From Candidatus Nanohaloarchaea archaeon (GTDB taxonomy: Archaea > Nanohalarchaeota > Nanosalinia > Nanosalinales > Nanosalinaceae): DNA of 19,869 nucleotides. Position numbers and translations under genes: made by a program. Each line of letters starts with the position of its first letter. Position 1 is the first letter of the stretch. The notes below the pieces were generated by a model. That model was not told where the DNA came from and ran no database searches. It saw only the letters and a program-made list of their open reading frames with translations. This document shows positions 8,467 through 17,128 of this stretch, piece after piece. The stretch spans positions 1 to 19,869 of the forward strand of contig JBEQAY010000011.1 of the NCBI GenBank assembly GCA_041640075.1. Direction: 5' to 3'.

Positions 8467-8543
8467 AAATGCGACTTACAGCCACTTTTACTTAAAACAC
8501 TAGCTGAGGCATCCTGTATGAACTTGCAAGATGTTCTAAACCT

Positions 8544-9056
8544 TCAATTCCTCCTTTTCTCCAGCCACTGATTCAACGCCCTGAAAAACTCCCTGTTCTG
8601 ATCAAAATACTCTCTCCGGGCTTCTTCTGTCGAGTCCTGTTCTATGAACTCTCTGCTCTCCTTTACAGAGAGTTTTTCGACCGGTTTCACCGCTAGCCCG
8701 GTTCCTGTTTTTCCATCCCATTCCAGTGCAGGGAATTTTTCATGCTGGATCCTTGAGTCCCAGGTCGGATCTACTTCTACCCACTCACCGGTCTCAGGAA
8801 TTTTCACTTCAAGGTATTCATGTGTCTCCGGGTCTTCATGCGTATTTTTCAGGATTTTCTCAGGTATACCATGATCCTGCCAGCGAAATTTTGTGATGCG
8901 GTGCCTAGACTCCAGGCCGAGTGTCTGGAGCATCCGATCTAAAATTTCTGGTTTGGCGACGCAGGCATAGCCCTGCTCCTCCAAGCTCAACGGCGTTCGG
9001 AAAGGTATGTCGCGGGCCATGCGGAAAATTCTTTTTCTCTCCTCAAAGTCAGTCAT
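8544..9056 (-). CDS. Transglutaminase-like cysteine protease fold protein
   Basis: Cys-His-Asp triad pattern: GYACVAK, HEYLEV, WVEVDPTWD. Confidence 0.75.
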   Translation of the reverse strand: MTDFEERKRIFRMARDIPFRTPLSLEEQGYACVAKPEILDRMLQTLGLESRHRITKFRWQDHGIPEKILKNTHEDPETHEYLEVKIPETGEWVEVDPTWDSRIQHEKFPALEWDGKTGTGLAVKPVEKLSVKESREFIEQDSTEEARREYFDQNREFFRALNQWLEKRRN

Positions 9057-9094
9057 AAATTCTGAAGTGTATACAAGAGTTGAATATCTTGCCC

Positions 9095-10285
9095 CTACTT
9101 CCTGAGAATATTTGACTCCAGATCTCTTGGATCGCTGGTGATTCTTTCAAGTCCATCTTCCTTGACGACGAAAGTATCCGAGTGCCTGAACCCTCCGGCT
9201 TCTTCAAAGTAGATTCCTGGTTCAAGGGATATCACCATATTTTCCTCCAGCTTTTTGTCGTTTCCTCGGTCTATAAACGGTTTTTCATGACCCTGCAGCC
9301 CGAGTCCATGGCCTGTATGGTGGCGAGTGTTTTCCAGTACGCCCTGTTCCCTGAAGTAGTTGTGGACCTGCTGATCGACGTGTGAAAGCTTTACATCAGC
9401 GCCTGCTGCTCCTTCAGCTATTTTCTGTGCTTCAAGCATAATTCTGAAGTATTCCTTCTGTTTTTCTGTTGGTCCTCCGAGAAACATTGTTCTTTCAAGT
9501 TCTGCATTGTAACCCTGGTACGCCAAAGCCATACCGGGTAAAATTATATCTTTTTCCCGGATCTCACGATTTTCCACCTGACCGTGAGGATTGTATGTGT
9601 TTGGACCGGATAGAATCCGGTAATACGATAGTTCGCCAGCTCCTACAGATATTCCACCCTGATCTTCGATCACCATTTCTGCTGTCTTCTTCTGCATCTC
9701 CATGTTCAGAGATACCTCGTTTTTACCCGGTGCTACAAGTTCACGGATCTTCTGGAATGCTTTATCGGCGTACTCTGCGCTCTGTTTCAGTACTTCGATC
9801 TCTTCCTCTGATTTCTGAATCCTCATTTTTTCGGTCCATGACTCGACATTTATTTCACTCCCTATTTTTTCATTCAGTGAAGGCCCTTCGTAACCCATTA
9901 CTCCAGGCGCTCCATTCATGTCGGCGCCGATGTTCTCCAGATCCCTGTTTTCAATCATCTGCTGGATCCTGTCCTCCGGCGTGTCGGAGCTGTGGTGGAA
10001 GTACTCCCCATTATTGTTCCCAGGATAGTCGTAGTATACGTGTACCTGGTCGAAGAGTTTTTCTGATTCTGCCGCGTCTTTTTCCAGCATCGGAACTGTT
10101 AAATCGATATTTTCCTGTGTTATAAGTAGCGCTACAGGCCTTTCAGTCGGTATAAACCTGTATCCTGTGAGATAATTTACGCTGCGGTTGGAGAAAACAA
10201 CATACCCCTCCATTCCGCGGTCTTCCATTTTTTCCCTGATTTTCTGCAGTCTTCTCCGATAAACTTCATCTCCCAAAGCACTCAT
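9095..10285 (-). CDS. M24 family (Xaa-Pro peptidase/creatinase-fold) hydrolase
   Basis: Creatinase_N-like domain (NYLTGY), RIQKSEEEI, HHTGHGLGLQGHE, ISLEPGIY and GFRHSDT. Start moved from 10312 to ATG 10285 on TATA spacing. Confidence 0.88.
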   Translation of the reverse strand: MSALGDEVYRRRLQKIREKMEDRGMEGYVVFSNRSVNYLTGYRFIPTERPVALLITQENIDLTVPMLEKDAAESEKLFDQVHVYYDYPGNNNGEYFHHSSDTPEDRIQQMIENRDLENIGADMNGAPGVMGYEGPSLNEKIGSEINVESWTEKMRIQKSEEEIEVLKQSAEYADKAFQKIRELVAPGKNEVSLNMEMQKKTAEMVIEDQGGISVGAGELSYYRILSGPNTYNPHGQVENREIREKDIILPGMALAYQGYNAELERTMFLGGPTEKQKEYFRIMLEAQKIAEGAAGADVKLSHVDQQVHNYFREQGVLENTRHHTGHGLGLQGHEKPFIDRGNDKKLEENMVISLEPGIYFEEAGGFRHSDTFVVKEDGLERITSDPRDLESNILRK

Positions 10286-10329
10286 ACAGTTAAATGAGAA
10301 ATAAGATGTCATAAAAACTACCGTAAATG

Positions 10330-10638
10330 CTAGACAAAATCCTTGAGCGACGTTCTGGAATCACATTCAGAACCTTTCTCCTCAACATAAGTTGCTCTTG
10401 CGATCATGTGAGCCCCTGTAGGCGCTGTAAGGAACAGGAAGAAAAGCGCAAGCAATGCAGACAGATAAATCCCATCCGGGTAGAACTCTATAGCCCCTGC
10501 AAGCACCATGAACCCAACCCCCAGAGTTGTTGCCTCTGAAGTAGCGTGCATACGCTCCAGAGTATCAGAAAGTTTCAGAAGACCTAGAGTGCCTATACTG
10601 AGAAAGAAAAGACCAATGAGAATTATTGCCTCTATCAT
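10330..10638 (-). CDS. mrpG: Mrp Na+/H+ antiporter subunit G
   Basis: RMHATS..TLG and LTAPTGAHMIARA; three TM helices; ATGA overlap with mrpF; AGGTGA upstream. Confidence 0.9.
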   Translation of the reverse strand: MIEAIILIGLFFLSIGTLGLLKLSDTLERMHATSEATTLGVGFMVLAGAIEFYPDGIYLSALLALFFLFLTAPTGAHMIARATYVEEKGSECDSRTSLKDFV

Positions 10639-10895
10639 TTAATCAACTCACCTTCTCTAAGGTAGATAGAAGTTGCCACAGTGGCTGTGAAACCTGTTAT
10701 TGCCAGCATCAAACTGATATTTATGAACACAGCCCTCTGCGTGTATATAGCATAAATTACTGCCAGTGCAACTACATTAGTGCTGATTGCATCAAGTGCC
10801 ACTACTCTATCTGCTGTCTCCGGACCTTTTATCGCCCTGTAACTGCACAGTAAAGTTAATACAGCTGAAATCGATAGTGCAGTCTCTTTTATCAT
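10635..10895 (-). CDS. mrpF: Mrp Na+/H+ antiporter subunit F
   Basis: RAIKGPETADRVVALD. Start moved from 10973 to ATG 10895, directly after the SD-like AGGTGA that contains the mrpE stop. Confidence 0.9.
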   Translation of the reverse strand: MIKETALSISAVLTLLCSYRAIKGPETADRVVALDAISTNVVALAVIYAIYTQRAVFINISLMLAITGFTATVATSIYLREGELIK

Positions 10896-10899
10896 TTTT

Positions 10900-11382
10900 T
10901 CACCTGAAGATTCTTTCCAGAAGATTTTCCAGCCCCTGTATATCTTTTCTGGCTTCATCTGTGCAGTTTCCATTGAGACAGTGGATTAACAGCTTGTTCT
11001 CGTCTTCGTCGTGATCTACGACAAGAGTTCCTGGAGTAAGAGTGATCGAGTCCGCAAGCATCGCTACTGCCGTTGGATGCTCCAGAGCTGTTCTGTACTC
11101 TATTATTTCTGGATTAACAGATTTTGAAGGTCTCAAAAGTCTGTGAGCCACTTCTATATTGGCTATTATCAGCGATTCCAGGAATATCCCGCAGTATTCC
11201 AGAAGGAACGGGATTTTTTCCAGCCTGTAAAGACTCATCCCTCCAGGATAGAATCTTCTGAACGCGAAGGATACAGGTATTCCGAAGAAAAGTCCCTGTA
11301 CAAAAGTCGGCAGAGTTGGAGATCCTGTCACAAATATCCATGTAACTGCCAGTACTGTCCCATAAAGTAAGTATTTCTTTAT
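10900..11382 (-). CDS. mrpE: Mrp Na+/H+ antiporter subunit E (probable ATA start at 11382)
   Basis: ANIEVA and ADSITLTPGTLVVD. The frame extends 17 codons above GTG 11331 (IKKYLLYGTVLAVTWIF) to an ATA overlapping the mrpD stop. Confidence 0.88.
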   Translation of the reverse strand: MKKYLLYGTVLAVTWIFVTGSPTLPTFVQGLFFGIPVSFAFRRFYPGGMSLYRLEKIPFLLEYCGIFLESLIIANIEVAHRLLRPSKSVNPEIIEYRTALEHPTAVAMLADSITLTPGTLVVDHDEDENKLLIHCLNGNCTDEARKDIQGLENLLERIFR

Positions 11383-12911
11383 TCTACACCACCTAGTACC
11401 GTCTCAATGTACCTTTCAGAGTTTAGTCCTGCTTCTGCAGCCTCTTCCACAAGCTGATAGACAAGCTCGAAATGCACCCCTAGAACAAGTATTAGGACCG
11501 CTAAAATTATAACTGAAAACACCTCCTTTCTTGAAACCCTGGAGAGATCAACTTCTACAGGCTCACCGAAAAATATCTTCAGATAGGCCTGTGAAAAGTA
11601 AAGGAGTGTCGTTACAGATCCTGAAAAAATTACAAGTAACAGGAAGATATTTCCGGAGTTAATGACTGCCTCGAAAACTTTGAACTTGGCAAAGAATCCC
11701 ATGAGAGGTGGGATACCGACGAGGGAAAAAGCTGAGAGGAAAAACGTAGTGGAAAGTGTGAAAGATTTCTCGCTCAGGCCTCCAAGATTTTCAAGATCGG
11801 ATGTTCCAGAAATTTTCTCTATAATACCTGAAATCATGAAGAGGGCCGGCTTCGCAATGCCGTGGCTCAATACATAGATCAGTGAGGCAATCAGAGGCGT
11901 TAATTGTCCTGTTATCATAGTTATACTGATAGGGATGTAGATGAAGCCTACCTGGCCGACGCTCGAATATGAAAGTAGTTTATCCAGTCCTTTCCTGTTT
12001 ACAGCACCTAAGCCTCCAATAACTGTTGCAGAAGCCATTATAGCTACAAGATATCCTGTTACAGCATTTACAGGCTCTCCAGCAAATAGAAGAGCTGTTT
12101 CCGGAAGAGTTGCCGAGGAGAAAACTGTAATATAGAGTCTTATTACCGCGTATATACCTACTTTTTTGCTTATTCCTGCCATCAATGCTGATGCTGGAGG
12201 CGGAGAGTTAGAGTATACCGGTGGCGCCCAGAAATGGAACGGCACTAGGCCTGATTTGATCGCGAACACGCAGAAAAGTATCATAGAGAGGCCCAGTACA
12301 GGTACCATATTAACAGATCCTTCGGAAAGTATCAGAGCCATGTCAGCCATATTCAAAGTCCCTGTTACCGAGTAGAGACCTCCTATCGCTACAAGCATCA
12401 GCGAGCTTCCGATCAGGTTCAGCACAACGTATTTCATCGATATGAAAAGTGATTCCCTGCTTCCAGAGTATGCTACAAGCGCGTAACTACTCATGAGGAC
12501 GAGTTCAAACATTACAAACAGATTGAATAAATCTCCTGTGATGAATGCTCCGCTCATACCTGTTATCATGAAGTGCAGGAATGCGTAGTATCCGCTTTCT
12601 TTCCCTCTATCGGTTATGTACCCCCAGGAGTAGAGATTTGCTGCAAATGCTACTGTAGCCGTTAGGAGTAGCATCAGAATCGATAGGTGGTCTGCTACAA
12701 GCGTTATTCCGTAAGGAGCCGGCCATCCTCCTGCCTGGTAAGATATTGCACCTTCCAAAAAAATCTTTGAGGCCAGGAGACCTGTAGCCGCAATATACCC
12801 TATGCTACCCGCGATGCTGATATAGTCTCTGAATCTTGTCTTCCTGAAAAGTATGGATAGAACAGCTGTAGCCAGCGGAACTATCAGCGGAAGTACGATC
12901 AGTTGATTCAC
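11379..12911 (-). CDS. mrpD: Mrp Na+/H+ antiporter subunit D
   Basis: GGWPAPYGI, GDLFNLFVMFE, IKSGLVPFHFW, SHGIAKPALF, GIPPLMGFFAK. GTG start overlaps the mrpC stop. Confidence 0.95.
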   Translation of the reverse strand: MNQLIVLPLIVPLATAVLSILFRKTRFRDYISIAGSIGYIAATGLLASKIFLEGAISYQAGGWPAPYGITLVADHLSILMLLLTATVAFAANLYSWGYITDRGKESGYYAFLHFMITGMSGAFITGDLFNLFVMFELVLMSSYALVAYSGSRESLFISMKYVVLNLIGSSLMLVAIGGLYSVTGTLNMADMALILSEGSVNMVPVLGLSMILFCVFAIKSGLVPFHFWAPPVYSNSPPPASALMAGISKKVGIYAVIRLYITVFSSATLPETALLFAGEPVNAVTGYLVAIMASATVIGGLGAVNRKGLDKLLSYSSVGQVGFIYIPISITMITGQLTPLIASLIYVLSHGIAKPALFMISGIIEKISGTSDLENLGGLSEKSFTLSTTFFLSAFSLVGIPPLMGFFAKFKVFEAVINSGNIFLLLVIFSGSVTTLLYFSQAYLKIFFGEPVEVDLSRVSRKEVFSVIILAVLILVLGVHFELVYQLVEEAAEAGLNSERYIETVLGGVE

Positions 12912-13246
12912 AGCAGTTCACCTCTTAGAGAGTCAAGATCGACTTCCTCGTTTTCCTCGTAGAACCTGTAAGTAAGACTCAGGAGGAAAGCTGTTGTTGC
13001 AAATCCTATAACGATAGCTGTAAGCACCAAGGCCTGTGGAACAGGATCAGTGACGTGATGCGAGCCTCCACCATGACTCAGGATCGGTACTCCGCCTTCA
13101 CTGCCACCCATAGCCATCAGATAGATATTTGCCGTCTGGCTAATTATCAGTGATCCAAGTACCACTCTTACAGCGTCTCTTCTAAGCATAAGGTATGTAC
13201 CTGCCGCAAAAAGCAGTCCAAGCCCTGTAGCAATAATCAAGCTCAT
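12908..13246 (-). CDS. mrpC: Mrp Na+/H+ antiporter subunit C
   Basis: DPVPQALVLTAIVIGFA signature. Confidence 0.95.
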   Translation of the reverse strand: MSLIIATGLGLLFAAGTYLMLRRDAVRVVLGSLIISQTANIYLMAMGGSEGGVPILSHGGGSHHVTDPVPQALVLTAIVIGFATTAFLLSLTYRFYEENEEVDLDSLRGELL

Positions 13247-13683
13247 TCTTCACCAAGCACCTCCACTATAGCCAGTAAAGATCCAAACACCGCCATGAAA
13301 ACACCTAGATCGAACAGCATAGCCGTAGTCCAGTGGAACTCGCCGAAAAATGGTAGATGAATTATGCCTTTCCTGTGGCTGAGGAAGCTGAGGCCAAGAG
13401 AAGTAGATAGAAGGCCGGTACCTGCAGCCAAGGCCACACCTGCGTCTGATACCGGTATATACTCCTCTACGAAGTGTATTTCCTCGCCGTCTTTCCCCAC
13501 AAGCTTCTTAACACCGTCTAAATCAAAGACTATATAGATGAGAGCTATCGCTGCTGCAGCCATTACACCTGCTATAAACCCTCCTCCAGGAAGATTATGT
13601 CCCTGAAGGAAAAAATTGAGTGAAACCAGCAGCATTAACGGTATTACCGCCTTCATCACCTGTCTAACTATCACTGTACTCAT
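13243..13683 (-). CDS. mrpB: Mrp Na+/H+ antiporter subunit B
   Basis: GHNLPGGGFIAG and LFDLGVF signatures. Confidence 0.95.
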   Translation of the reverse strand: MSTVIVRQVMKAVIPLMLLVSLNFFLQGHNLPGGGFIAGVMAAAAIALIYIVFDLDGVKKLVGKDGEEIHFVEEYIPVSDAGVALAAGTGLLSTSLGLSFLSHRKGIIHLPFFGEFHWTTAMLFDLGVFMAVFGSLLAIVEVLGEE

Positions 13684-16061
13684 TCTTCATCACCTCGCAT
13701 GCGGAAAAGCATCAGTATTGCCAGGCCTGCCATTACTATAACCGAGATCTCTCCCATCGTGTCAAGGCCTCTGAAATCTACAAGTATGACGTTCACGACG
13801 TTTGTTCCTCCTGAACCCGGTACTGCGTTTTCTATGTAATATTCTGCAAGTTTTCCAGGAGTCTTTATGCTAGTCGAATAAAGTACGCTGGCGAACACAA
13901 GCAGTCCTGCCGCGCCAGAGATCACTAAATCCCTGTATTTTCTTGAAAAAGAGACCTGCTTCGTGTACTCAGGAATCTTATTGAGCACAAGGAGGAAAAT
14001 TATCAATGAAAGACTTTCAACAACGAGCTGTGTCATCACTAGATCCGGGGCATCCATCAGGAGATAGAAGATCGATACCATGAACCCCAAGATGGAAAGC
14101 GTCAGAACAGAGGAGATGTACGTATCTGAACGGAGAACAGCATACACGGCGGCGACCGATGTTGCCAGTACGATCGCGACAGGAATCTCCACTGAAAGAG
14201 TTACGGAAGGAAGAGCTCCCGCAATCACGAATCCTGCAAGGCCTGAAGCAGAAGCCACGACAAGCACCCAGATAATATACGTTCTCAAGAGGCCTGTTTC
14301 CACATTTTCAACGACTATATCGCTGGCTCTGGAGGAGAGCTCCAGACCTCTACTGTAGTAATAGTTCGGTGTCAGTAAAGAAATGTCTCTGATTTCTCCA
14401 AGTTTTGCGTGCAAAAATTCTATCTTTCTGTAGGCCAGAAGGCCTGTAGCGATAGTTACAAGACTCATTGCGAAGGCTGGTGTGAGATGCGGAATCACAT
14501 GTACACTCATCCCGTGAACTTCTGTAGCGACACTGTGAAGCGCCGGATAAACTATGGAATCAATGAATCTGTTAGGTAGAAGGCCTACAATCAGAGATAT
14601 TGAAGCCAGTACAGCTGGAGGGAGCAGCATTAATCGAGGAATATTGTGCTGTTCGACTGTTTTCTCGCCGTAGAATACGGAGATAAATCTGAAGGAGTAT
14701 AGGAAAGTAAGTACGCTTCCCAGAACTGCAATCACAGGCAAGATCCAGAAAATTCCTCCCGTATGGCTTGCTGCGTGATAAGCTGACTCAAAAAGTAATT
14801 CTTTCGAATAGAATCCATTGAAAAGTGGGAGGCCCGCCATGGAGAGACCTGAGACGGTTGCTACAGCACCAAGTAACGGCCATTCCTTTCCGAGGCCTGA
14901 AAGCTCTCTGATCTTCTGTGTACCTGTCTCGTGCAGGATTATCCCTGCGACCATGAATAGCGAGGCCTTGAAAAGTGCGTGATTGAAGATATGGAACGTC
15001 GCTGTCTCCCCTCCGAGTACGCTGGAGAAACCGAATCCGGCGACGATTAATCCAAGATGGCTGGCTGTAGAGTACGCCAGAAGCTCCTTCAGTTCTTTAG
15101 CCGAGACTGCCAGCATCGCTCCAGCTGTCATCGTAACAAGGCCTAAAGTTATGAACAGCATGTTCCAGGCCTCACCATTCATCAGTACCGGTCTAAAACG
15201 GCCGATGAGGAAGACTCCGGCCTTCACCATCGTCGCAGAGTGAAGAAAAGCTGATACAGGAGTTGGCGCCTGCATGGCATCAGGAAGCCAGATATGGAGC
15301 GGTACCTGTGCAGACTTTGCTGCTGCACCGATCCCGATAAGCAAAAGTACAGGAATGTAGAGGCCCTGAGTTGAAAGCGTCTGGACAACATCTTTCATGG
15401 CCAGGATCTCGGCGAGACTGAAAGTTCCCAGAGCATTCCCCAGAACAATAAATCCGATCAAGAGAAGCAGGCCTGATCCTACTGTTATCAGCAGGGATTT
15501 TTTGGAGGCCTGTATCGCAGAATCAAGTCTCTGGCTGTGACTGATCAAAAGGAAGGAGCAGATACTGGTGAACTCCCAAAACATGAACAAGAGAATCAAA
15601 TTAGAGGAGAAAACAAGGCCGATCATAGAACCCATGAAAGCCGTCAAAACAGCATAGTACTTTCTCTTTCTATCTTCATGCTCCATGTAGGGCTTTGAAT
15701 ACAGGAAGACCAGTATTCCGATACCGCTGGCAAGTAAAGCGATCATTAGTGAAATACCGTCGATGTAAAACTCCAGAGAAATTCCAAGAGAAGGTATCCA
15801 TGGAATGAAAATAGTCCCATTTGTTCCAATGAGAGAATAAACTGCTAGAAACGATACAAGACCTGAAAAAGCACCGAGATAAGCAGAGATATCTTCTAGG
15901 TGCTGGTAAAAAATCCCGATAAGCACGGATGCTGCAAAAGGAGCTGTTATAGCGATCAAAGGTAGAACATAACCTGGTTCATGTGCTGACGCTCCTGAAC
16001 CTGCAGCCGATACTATATCAACTAGTGAAACCGTCAAAAGGATTGCTAAGCTCTTCCTCAT
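13680..16061 (-). CDS. mrpA: Mrp Na+/H+ antiporter subunit A
   Basis: FWEFTSICSF, KSAQVPLHIWLPDAM.APTPVSA.LHSATMVKAG, APDLVMTQ, GGTNVVNVILVDFRGLDTMGE. Start is ATG 16061 or GTG 16064. Confidence 0.96.
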   Translation of the reverse strand: MRKSLAILLTVSLVDIVSAAGSGASAHEPGYVLPLIAITAPFAASVLIGIFYQHLEDISAYLGAFSGLVSFLAVYSLIGTNGTIFIPWIPSLGISLEFYIDGISLMIALLASGIGILVFLYSKPYMEHEDRKRKYYAVLTAFMGSMIGLVFSSNLILLFMFWEFTSICSFLLISHSQRLDSAIQASKKSLLITVGSGLLLLIGFIVLGNALGTFSLAEILAMKDVVQTLSTQGLYIPVLLLIGIGAAAKSAQVPLHIWLPDAMQAPTPVSAFLHSATMVKAGVFLIGRFRPVLMNGEAWNMLFITLGLVTMTAGAMLAVSAKELKELLAYSTASHLGLIVAGFGFSSVLGGETATFHIFNHALFKASLFMVAGIILHETGTQKIRELSGLGKEWPLLGAVATVSGLSMAGLPLFNGFYSKELLFESAYHAASHTGGIFWILPVIAVLGSVLTFLYSFRFISVFYGEKTVEQHNIPRLMLLPPAVLASISLIVGLLPNRFIDSIVYPALHSVATEVHGMSVHVIPHLTPAFAMSLVTIATGLLAYRKIEFLHAKLGEIRDISLLTPNYYYSRGLELSSRASDIVVENVETGLLRTYIIWVLVVASASGLAGFVIAGALPSVTLSVEIPVAIVLATSVAAVYAVLRSDTYISSVLTLSILGFMVSIFYLLMDAPDLVMTQLVVESLSLIIFLLVLNKIPEYTKQVSFSRKYRDLVISGAAGLLVFASVLYSTSIKTPGKLAEYYIENAVPGSGGTNVVNVILVDFRGLDTMGEISVIVMAGLAILMLFRMRGDEE

Positions 16062-16378
16062 CACTATTCCTAAACTGCGAAAGTACCTGCAAATTATTTA
16101 AACAGTACGACACCACAGACTATAACCTTATTAATAAATTTTCGGACAGCGGCCACCACGCAAACAACTTAAGGCAATCAGAAAAGGACTAAAGGTGAAA
16201 TAGCCGCGTCTACATAAACCCATCGATCTATTAGATGGTAAAGTACTAAATCTCAGGAAAAAGTAGCTTTTAAGCCAACTGTAATGTACTTAGAGGCTTA
16301 AAACCTGCCCTTTATTGTTTAGAGCTATCTAAAGGCCTAGATAAACAAAAAGAAAGATAAAAGAAAGATTTTTACTTT

Positions 16379-17059
16379 TTATCCGAAGATTCCACGTAGA
16401 AGATTGTTGACGAATCCAGGTCTGTTGGAGTTTTCTGCCGGACCTTCTGTCTCTACTTCTGTTTCAGTACCGTCCTGCTCTACTTCAACTTCCGTTTCCG
16501 TTACTCCGTCTTCTGTCTCCTGTTCAACTTCTACATCAGATCCGTTGACTTCGCCTTCAAAGCTTCTCTCTGACTCGTTTTCAGACTCTGAGTCATCACC
16601 CAGGCCTTCGCCACGTGCTTCTTCGGCTGTTTCAGAGGCTTCTTCTGGAAGTTCAGGTCGCTCAGATTCATCTTCTGCTGCTTCAAGTTCTCTTTCAAGC
16701 TCTGCGTTCTCTTCTCTAAGCTCAGTTACTTGTTCTCTGAGATCTTCGATAACTTCCAGTGCGTCTTCAAGGTTCTGCGGCTCCTCGAAATCGGATTCAG
16801 CGTCTTCATCTGATTCATTTTCAGACTCTGCATCATCTTCCGCCTCTTCTGCGTCGTCGGAATCAGATTCGTCTTCATCTGTTTCCTCTGCGTCCTCATC
16901 GTCGGTATCGGATTCGTCATCCGTGTCCTCTTCATCTTCTTCTGGTGGTTCTGCCGGTGGACTGGTCTCGTTTCCTTCGTCCTGTGCAACTGCTGGTGCA
17001 GCTGCGACCATCATTAATACACCGAGTATCACCAGAACTTTCGAATTCGAAAATTTCAT
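16379..17059 (-). CDS. Secreted, highly acidic low-complexity protein with a coiled coil
   Basis: Signal peptide MKFSNSKVLVILGVLMMVAAAPAVA|Q, D/E-rich tracts, heptads LEDALEVIEDLREQVTELREENAELERELE, amphipathic tail FVNNLLRGIFG. Start moved from 17086 to ATG 17059. Confidence 0.8.
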   Translation of the reverse strand: MKFSNSKVLVILGVLMMVAAAPAVAQDEGNETSPPAEPPEEDEEDTDDESDTDDEDAEETDEDESDSDDAEEAEDDAESENESDEDAESDFEEPQNLEDALEVIEDLREQVTELREENAELERELEAAEDESERPELPEEASETAEEARGEGLGDDSESENESERSFEGEVNGSDVEVEQETEDGVTETEVEVEQDGTETEVETEGPAENSNRPGFVNNLLRGIFG

Positions 17060-17128
17060 TGGTAAGAAAAAATTGGCGATAGTCACGTAAATAGTTAATA
17101 CCGTGTCAGACCTTTGGATTCTGGTTTT

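Noticed and set aside
9469..10125. 218-aa + strand ORF and other antisense ORFs such as 4780-5343 and 3052-3498
   Set aside because: They overlap well-supported genes on the opposite strand and have no recognisable motifs.
16379..16423. PGF tripeptide near the C-terminus suggesting PGF-CTERM/archaeosortase
   Set aside because: No transmembrane helix or basic tail follows the PGF.
16404..17090. 228-aa Ser-rich ORF on the + strand
   Set aside because: Antisense shadow of the Glu/Asp codons of the acidic secreted protein.
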